From Candidatus Poribacteria bacterium (GTDB lineage: Bacteria; Poribacteria; WGA-4E; UBA9662): 54,052 bases of DNA. The translations under genes were made by a program, and so were the position numbers. The stretch is from assembly GCA_046582655.1 (NCBI GenBank), contig JAYGDX010000029.1:1-54052 (forward strand). Reading direction: 5' to 3'. The first letter of the stretch is position 1. Every line of letters begins with the position of its first letter. Of the stretch, positions 48,639 through 54,052 are shown one piece after another. Under the pieces are notes generated by a model. The model saw nothing but the letters and a program-made list of their open reading frames with translations, did not search any database and was not told the origin of the DNA.

Positions 48639-49398
48639 CTGTTAGTTTTTCATTATGGGCTACATTCTCAACAAACGGTTTCATTACATGATCACGAGTT
48701 TCATCATAAACCGTTTCTTCCGTCATGTAATGGATGGCAATAGCACGACGTTTCTGATTGCTGTTATTTGCATGTGATCCATGCCACGTTAACGCATGAT
48801 GATAATGTACATATCCCTTTGGAACGGCACACAACGAGATTTTGATATCATGTTCCTCAAATTTTTCCGGAGTGTTTTCAAAACTCCCAAAAGTATGAAT
48901 AAAATTGATTTGATTCCCCCAGAGATGCGACCCTTCAACCATGCTCATACAACCATTCTCTTCATTGGCATCATCTAGCGCAATCCAGGCAGACATCTGT
49001 GTTGTTTTAGGGGTTAGAATCGGCCAATATGGGGAGTCCTGATGCCACATGTTTACTCCGCCTACTTCAGAAGGTTTGTATTGGATTTGGTCATGCCATA
49101 CCCGTAGTTCCTCCGCGTCCATTAATTGAGCGATTTCCTCCACAATGGTTTGATTTTTCATCAGTCGATGATATGCATGGCTGGCTTCCCAAATGTTAAC
49201 TATCTGCCATACCGGTGCATCTGGTTTGCCAGATAAATTGACAATTCGCACAGGTTGTGGCTTGGACTCATCATTTCCATCAGTTATGACACGATCAAGT
49301 TCTTGCCGTAGCTCATCAACTTCTTCATCAGTTAATATCTTTTGACCGAGTAAGAACCCTTTTGTCCGGAATTCTTGGATTTGACTGTTGGTTAACAT
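48607..49398 (-). CDS. PhyH-family dioxygenase
   Basis: WHDQIQYKP, WHQD, NGCMSMVEGSH, TWHGS..N.S...RR. Confidence 0.93.
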   Translation of the reverse strand: MLTNSQIQEFRTKGFLLGQKILTDEEVDELRQELDRVITDGNDESKPQPVRIVNLSGKPDAPVWQIVNIWEASHAYHRLMKNQTIVEEIAQLMDAEELRVWHDQIQYKPSEVGGVNMWHQDSPYWPILTPKTTQMSAWIALDDANEENGCMSMVEGSHLWGNQINFIHTFGSFENTPEKFEEHDIKISLCAVPKGYVHYHHALTWHGSHANNSNQKRRAIAIHYMTEETVYDETRDHVMKPFVENVAHNEKLTGESFPLAWSK

Positions 49399-49486
49399 CT
49401 ATGCCTCCAACGAGAGAATAGTTTAATCTGCGAAAAGTATATGAAAAAACCTTTCTCTTTGCAAGGCATTCTGATTCCTTGAAGGG

Positions 49487-51991
49487 TTGGCAGAAATGTG
49501 CGATAATTGGTTTAGATTTGCCTCTTTTGTACATCGAACTCAAACAACAGGACTTATGCAAGATTTACGTACATCTGTTGAGAAAATTCTTGGTTGTGAC
49601 TTGGCTATGTCCATCGGTATTAACGACGAGATTGAAGCCGAAAAACGGATTGCGAAATTCCTTAGCGCCCTTGAGAATTTACCAACTACAGATCTATACC
49701 GTTTGATTGATCCACAATGGGTGGTGCTTGCCGCTGGAATCGGCACTCGCATTGATCCGTCATCACGACTTAATAAGAACCTCGATATATGGATCGGTAC
49801 AGAGAATGTTCTTCAACTGTCCCGCCGATACTTACTTGGAACACGCCCACATATAGTAGTCATCAATCCACAGATGGCAGAACGATTCAGTCAGTTTGAC
49901 CAAACGGAAATTGATCTGCGGCTAGGAACCAATGCAATTACCTGTGTCCAACCGGAACCCGATGGTACTGGCGGCGCGTTACGTGCAGCGTTAACCGAAA
50001 TTAAGAACTCCACGTCTGAATTTGTCGGTGTTTCCTTCGGAGATGAACCATTTCTCAATCAAGCCATGTTCATACAGACGCTAGTATCACACTTTATCGC
50101 TCAGGCGGATGTAACATTGTGCGCAAAAGCACCAGAAACCGTAGTAGACAAAGGTGGCCTCTTTTTTGATGCAGATGGAAGATTTTGCGGTACCACAGAA
50201 TGGTATGACATGACTCAGGCTGAACAATCCCACATGCGGGAGAATTTGGAACAGGGGAATGCCTATACGAACACCGGGATCACCTTAATCCGCCGCCAAG
50301 CCATGATTGAACGAATGGACAGGCTGAAACCGCACAAAAACGGAACCGAGTTTCATCATGTCGATCTCGTTCGTCTATTTTACGAGGATGGTTTGTCAAC
50401 GAACGCGCACATTTACCGCAATAAAATTGTTTCAGGAGTGAACCGCTGGTCGAATGTACTGATAGGAGAAAATATGATTTACGAAGCAAGACGGCAACAA
50501 TTAGCCCAGCAGGGAGTTCGTGTAGATCCTTCAGCACAGATTACATTGGAGAATAACATTATCCAGATTGGTAGCGGTTGCCACCTGATTGGAAAGGTGC
50601 ATCTAGATCAAAATGTAATCATTGGCGATTATTGCCGCTTGGAAAATGTTGTGTTGACAGGAAACTGCGTTGTTGGAGACTTAGTTGGATTGAAAAATGT
50701 CGTAGCAAATGACACAATTTTTGAGGCTAATCCCGTTGGTTCATCAATCACAGAACCAATTTTTGGCCTAGCAGTGCAAAGCCAGATTGAGGACAGTAAG
50801 TTCAATTGTGTAAAAGTTGGACATGCAGTCGATTTGCGCTCAATTCAGGCGTTTGGCACGGTTATCCCACCGCAAATTTCACTGAAGGAGCGAGTGCTTG
50901 GTGTACCTGTTAAACCTAAGAATTGGTGGTTTGATCTATTAGTCGATTCCGATTATAAACCGGGTATTTTTGCTTTTGGTGAAAAGAAACATCTGCCTGA
51001 TTGGAAGAAACTTCGCGATCATGTCCGTTCACACTCGGAAAATGAGTTGATTGCCCGCTCCATCCAAAATCCTGATCTTTGTCAGATTGCTGTCCAAGCA
51101 GTTGTGGATTTGTTAGATCTGGAGCAATCTGACGGTACATACATTACAGATCAGTTCACGGCAGAAGAAATCTGGGGAGCTATCTTTGAGATGGTTAAAC
51201 TCAGTACTGGCAAACAAGATCCGTACCGCAAAGAAAAGCTGGCAGCCAGACAAACAGCGTATCTATTAATTCATCAATTTCAAGATCAGGATCTGGATTG
51301 GATTGAAAGGTTAAAATTGGTCATTGCTGGAAACCTAATTGATTACAGTAACACCAGAGTCGTCAATAACCTGAGTCATAACCCGAGATATTTTGAAGAA
51401 TCTTTACTGGTTGCATTATCATCCGATTTTTCGATCAATTGCTTCAGTCAGTTTCAGGAATACGTAATTGAAGCGTCTCCCAAACGATTGGTCTGGTTAA
51501 TCGACAATGATGGTGAATCCATTTTTGATATGTGGTTCATCGAACAACTGGCAGAATTGGGGCACCAGGTTGTTGTAGTTGGAAAACAAGAGCCTGCCAG
51601 TAACGATACTACGTTGGCAGACCTTCATGAAATTTCAAGATCCCCAGAATTCCAGAAACTGCGAGATCAGATGCGATATGGACATGTCACTTTTATTGCC
51701 TCTGGATCCGCAACTATCGGTACAAATTTAAACCAGTCCACCTCAGAATTTGCTAACGCGTTACTCGATGCAGACATCATTATCGCCAAAGGACAAGGCA
51801 ATTTCTTCACCACACAAGGACTGAAAAAGGATACTTTTTACTTGCTACTGTCGAAAGGAATTACTTCGGAAGAGTCCACGGGCGTGATTGCTGATCGAAG
51901 TAAAGCCATTGACGGTTTGATTTTGGGATATGTCCCAGCCAATGTCCGTTTGGAAAACACGCTCAAAGACTATTGCCAACAACAAAATTGA
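49487..51991 (+). CDS. GlmU-like nucleotidyltransferase plus left-handed beta-helix fused to DUF89/ARMT1-like phosphatase
   Basis: VLAAGIGTR, Q.EPDGTGGA, GDEP, GVN, hexapeptide repeats; DPY..EK, AGNLID, DNDGE, P..ND.T, KGQGN. Confidence 0.85.
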   Translation: MAEMCDNWFRFASFVHRTQTTGLMQDLRTSVEKILGCDLAMSIGINDEIEAEKRIAKFLSALENLPTTDLYRLIDPQWVVLAAGIGTRIDPSSRLNKNLDIWIGTENVLQLSRRYLLGTRPHIVVINPQMAERFSQFDQTEIDLRLGTNAITCVQPEPDGTGGALRAALTEIKNSTSEFVGVSFGDEPFLNQAMFIQTLVSHFIAQADVTLCAKAPETVVDKGGLFFDADGRFCGTTEWYDMTQAEQSHMRENLEQGNAYTNTGITLIRRQAMIERMDRLKPHKNGTEFHHVDLVRLFYEDGLSTNAHIYRNKIVSGVNRWSNVLIGENMIYEARRQQLAQQGVRVDPSAQITLENNIIQIGSGCHLIGKVHLDQNVIIGDYCRLENVVLTGNCVVGDLVGLKNVVANDTIFEANPVGSSITEPIFGLAVQSQIEDSKFNCVKVGHAVDLRSIQAFGTVIPPQISLKERVLGVPVKPKNWWFDLLVDSDYKPGIFAFGEKKHLPDWKKLRDHVRSHSENELIARSIQNPDLCQIAVQAVVDLLDLEQSDGTYITDQFTAEEIWGAIFEMVKLSTGKQDPYRKEKLAARQTAYLLIHQFQDQDLDWIERLKLVIAGNLIDYSNTRVVNNLSHNPRYFEESLLVALSSDFSINCFSQFQEYVIEASPKRLVWLIDNDGESIFDMWFIEQLAELGHQVVVVGKQEPASNDTTLADLHEISRSPEFQKLRDQMRYGHVTFIASGSATIGTNLNQSTSEFANALLDADIIIAKGQGNFFTTQGLKKDTFYLLLSKGITSEESTGVIADRSKAIDGLILGYVPANVRLENTLKDYCQQQN

Positions 51992-52067
51992 AATAGCCAT
52001 CTGGTCTAAAGATATCCATTGTATTAATCATGATCCTGCAACCTTGATCCAGATAGGGAAATATTTA

Positions 52068-52096
52068 TTGGCATATATATGACAGAGTGATATAAT
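52068..52096 (+). promoter_or_regulatory. sigma70-like promoter of the LamG array
   Basis: TTGGCA-17 nt-TATAAT with extended TG. Confidence 0.65.
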
Positions 52097-52169
52097 GAAC
52101 AGTATTGGCATGAAACCCATGCAAAATTAATATTTAATTAGAATTACTTAACATTATAAGGAGACAATC

Positions 52170-52919
52170 ATGAGATTGGCAATGTCCATTGTCACAATCA
52201 TTTGTTTTGTGTTTCTCGCTTCGATAATGCATGCAGCTGACAAATCTTTAGTACTTCATTTGTCCTTTGATGAAGGGTCGGGCGATACTGTCAAAGATCA
52301 CTCATCATATGGAAATGATGCCAAGGTCACAGGTGCCAAATGGGGAGAAGGTAAGTTTGGCGGCGGAATGAAATTCGGGGCCAACGCTTTCTGTGAGATC
52401 GCTGATAGCGATAGCCTTGACCTGACAACTGCCATGACAATCAGCATGTGGACAAAAGTATCCAAAGGAGGCGGCACGCAGAGCGGTATTGAGAAACAAC
52501 CAGCCTGGCAGGATGGAGAATACAATCTATGTCCTGAATACGGCGGGGGAGTTCTGTTGCAAGCCAAGGATTTACCCGCGGCATGTGCTGATACAGCAGT
52601 TACTCCAACCAACGTTCTAGACGAAAAATGGCACTCCATTGCCGGAACTTGGGACGGAAAAGTTATCAAGGTCTATATAGATGGAGAAGTAAAGAAAGAA
52701 CTACCGTGTGTCGGTAAATTGAAGGTTGGGAATGGTGCAGCTTACGTTGGTTCCAGAGGAGGAACAGCACGTTGGGTGTTGGGATCTCTCGATGAAATTA
52801 AAGTTTATAATCGAGCCCTGTCATCAGCGGAAATAAACAAAGATATGGAAAACCCAACAGCTGTGTCACCGGCTGGTAAAGTAACGACCTCTTGGGCGGA
52901 CATTCGATCCAGTCTGTAG
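52170..52919 (+). CDS. secreted LamG-like jelly-roll protein
   Basis: LVLHLSFDEGSG, MTISMW, WHSIAGTWDG, LDEIKVYNRALS; SD AAGGAG. Confidence 0.92.
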   Translation: MRLAMSIVTIICFVFLASIMHAADKSLVLHLSFDEGSGDTVKDHSSYGNDAKVTGAKWGEGKFGGGMKFGANAFCEIADSDSLDLTTAMTISMWTKVSKGGGTQSGIEKQPAWQDGEYNLCPEYGGGVLLQAKDLPAACADTAVTPTNVLDEKWHSIAGTWDGKVIKVYIDGEVKKELPCVGKLKVGNGAAYVGSRGGTARWVLGSLDEIKVYNRALSSAEINKDMENPTAVSPAGKVTTSWADIRSSL

Positions 52920-52931
52920 TTTAGTCATTTG

Positions 52932-52973
52932 ATAATCAAGAGAGGCATAATAAAACGTGCCTCTCTTGATTAT
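52932..52973. terminator. intergenic 16-bp stem-loop (terminator or mRNA stabiliser)
   Basis: ataatcaagagaggca / tgcctctcttgattat. Confidence 0.7.
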
Positions 52974-52987
52974 TAATAACAGGAAAA

Positions 52988-53770
52988 ATGATGACACCAA
53001 ATCCTATTATTCTTGCTATCATCGCATGCTTCTGCCTAACACCTGCGCTTCTTCAAGCCGTCATTGACCCCACAATAGTTCTCTATTTACCATTTGACGA
53101 AGGAACAGGGAAAACTGCCAAAGATGTGTCAGATTTTGGTAATCACGCAACCATTATGGGGAATGGAAAGGCTAAATGGACTGCAAAAGGAAAGGACAAT
53201 AGCGCCATCGAGTTTACTTCAGGTGGTTATTTAGTCGTTGCTGACGCTGACAGCCTCGATCTAACAACCGCCATGACAATCAGCATGTGGGCAAAACTGA
53301 TGGTGAAAACTGGCGAATGTTGTCAAGGTGGTATTGAAAAAGAGCCAGCATGGCAAGCAGGGGAATACAATTTGCTGGCCGAATATAATGGGGGTATCCT
53401 TCTCCAAATGATGGAGCTGCCAGACGCCTGTAATGACGACCTAATTGGGCCAAGCATTATTGATAAAACATGGCACCATGTTGCTGGAACTTGGGATGGC
53501 AAGATGATACGAATCTATCTTGACGGCGAAGAGGTTGGTGAAATGCCCTGCAAGGGCAAACTGAGTAAAGGTAGCGGAGATCTCTTTATCGGTTGCAGAG
53601 GGGGGTCAGGCCGTTGGACAGAAGGATTTCTGGATGAAATTAAAATGTATAATCGTCCCCTAACAGAAGAAGAAATTGTGGAAGATATGAAGAATCCCAA
53701 ACACAATCTTTCTGTTTCCCCTGCCGATAAAGTGACTACCACTTGGGCCATTATCAAATCCAGCTTGTAA
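52988..53770 (+). CDS. secreted LamG-like jelly-roll protein
   Basis: VLYLPFDEG.G, WHHVAGTWDG, LDEIKMYNRPL; paralog of 52170-52919. Confidence 0.92.
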   Translation: MMTPNPIILAIIACFCLTPALLQAVIDPTIVLYLPFDEGTGKTAKDVSDFGNHATIMGNGKAKWTAKGKDNSAIEFTSGGYLVVADADSLDLTTAMTISMWAKLMVKTGECCQGGIEKEPAWQAGEYNLLAEYNGGILLQMMELPDACNDDLIGPSIIDKTWHHVAGTWDGKMIRIYLDGEEVGEMPCKGKLSKGSGDLFIGCRGGSGRWTEGFLDEIKMYNRPLTEEEIVEDMKNPKHNLSVSPADKVTTTWAIIKSSL

Positions 53771-53847
53771 TTCACTTAACCTGATTTACAAGAGAGATCC
53801 GGTAAAATACCCTCTTATAACTCCTAATCAATAAAAAGGAGAAGGTA

Positions 53848-54052
53848 ATGAAATCAAACTTCCTTATCCTAACTGTCATTGCGTGTTTCTGTCTAATCCC
53901 TGTGCTGCTTCAAGCTAGTATTGACCCCACAATAGTTCTTTATCTACCCTTCGAAGAACAATCGGGGAAAGTAGCTGAAGATCTATCGCAATTTGGTCAT
54001 AAAGCCGAATTTCGCAAGAAGACAGCTTGGGCTGCAGCCGGTAAACATGGAG
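53848..54052 (+). CDS. secreted LamG-like protein (partial, runs off the window end)
   Basis: SD AAGGAG; MKSNFLILTVIACFCLIPVLLQASIDPTIVLYLPFEE. Confidence 0.85.
   Translation, partial: MKSNFLILTVIACFCLIPVLLQASIDPTIVLYLPFEEQSGKVAEDLSQFGHKAEFRKKTAWAAAGKHG

Noticed and set aside
8846..53775. Numerous short ORFs antisense to or nested in long genes
   Set aside because: Shadow frames with no SD or family motifs, overlapping well-supported genes.
1..54052. tRNA, rRNA, integrase, reverse transcriptase or known defence genes
   Set aside because: No diagnostic motifs were recognised by eye; divergent members cannot be excluded without searches.

Overview
Bacterial chromosomal segment with the gene profile of Candidatus Poribacteria (inferred from tandem secreted LamG proteins, five PhyH dioxygenase genes or pseudogenes, a sulfatase and a lamin-tail/CotH protein). 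Layout: (1) 1-7.6 kb is an AT-rich, GpC- and alanine-poor accessory region. It holds small membrane and zinc-ribbon ORFs joined by shared junction repeats, a 124-bp MITE, two ribbon-helix-helix-like genes, a direct-repeat-flanked muconolactone-isomerase-like gene beside a truncated oxidoreductase, ssDNA-type hairpins and an orphan 342-aa protein with an HxH motif. A host-like PhyH block sits in the middle. (2) 8.5-17.8 kb is a minus-strand gene run: asd, DnaJ-class chaperone, aminotransferase, ndk, FAH hydrolase, ABC ATPase, frameshifted beta-RFAP synthase, cohesin lipoprotein, TPR lipoprotein and a beta-barrel-like protein. (3) 18.5-25.9 kb encodes two large secreted multidomain proteins. (4) 25.9-34.5 kb is a decay zone with IS982 and IS701 remnants and several pseudogenes around an intact sulfatase and a SMUG1-like glycosylase. 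(5) 34.5-54 kb has a tandem esterase, a 1778-aa repeat protein, an NTT-like transporter, a DapA-family enzyme, birA, a GlmU-like::DUF89 fusion and a LamG array. No rRNA, tRNA or CRISPR array was seen. All calls rest on motif recognition by eye, with no database searches. The best novelty candidates are the GpC-avoiding element at 1-7.6 kb, the GlmU-DUF89 fusion and the LamG C-terminal sorting-like motif.
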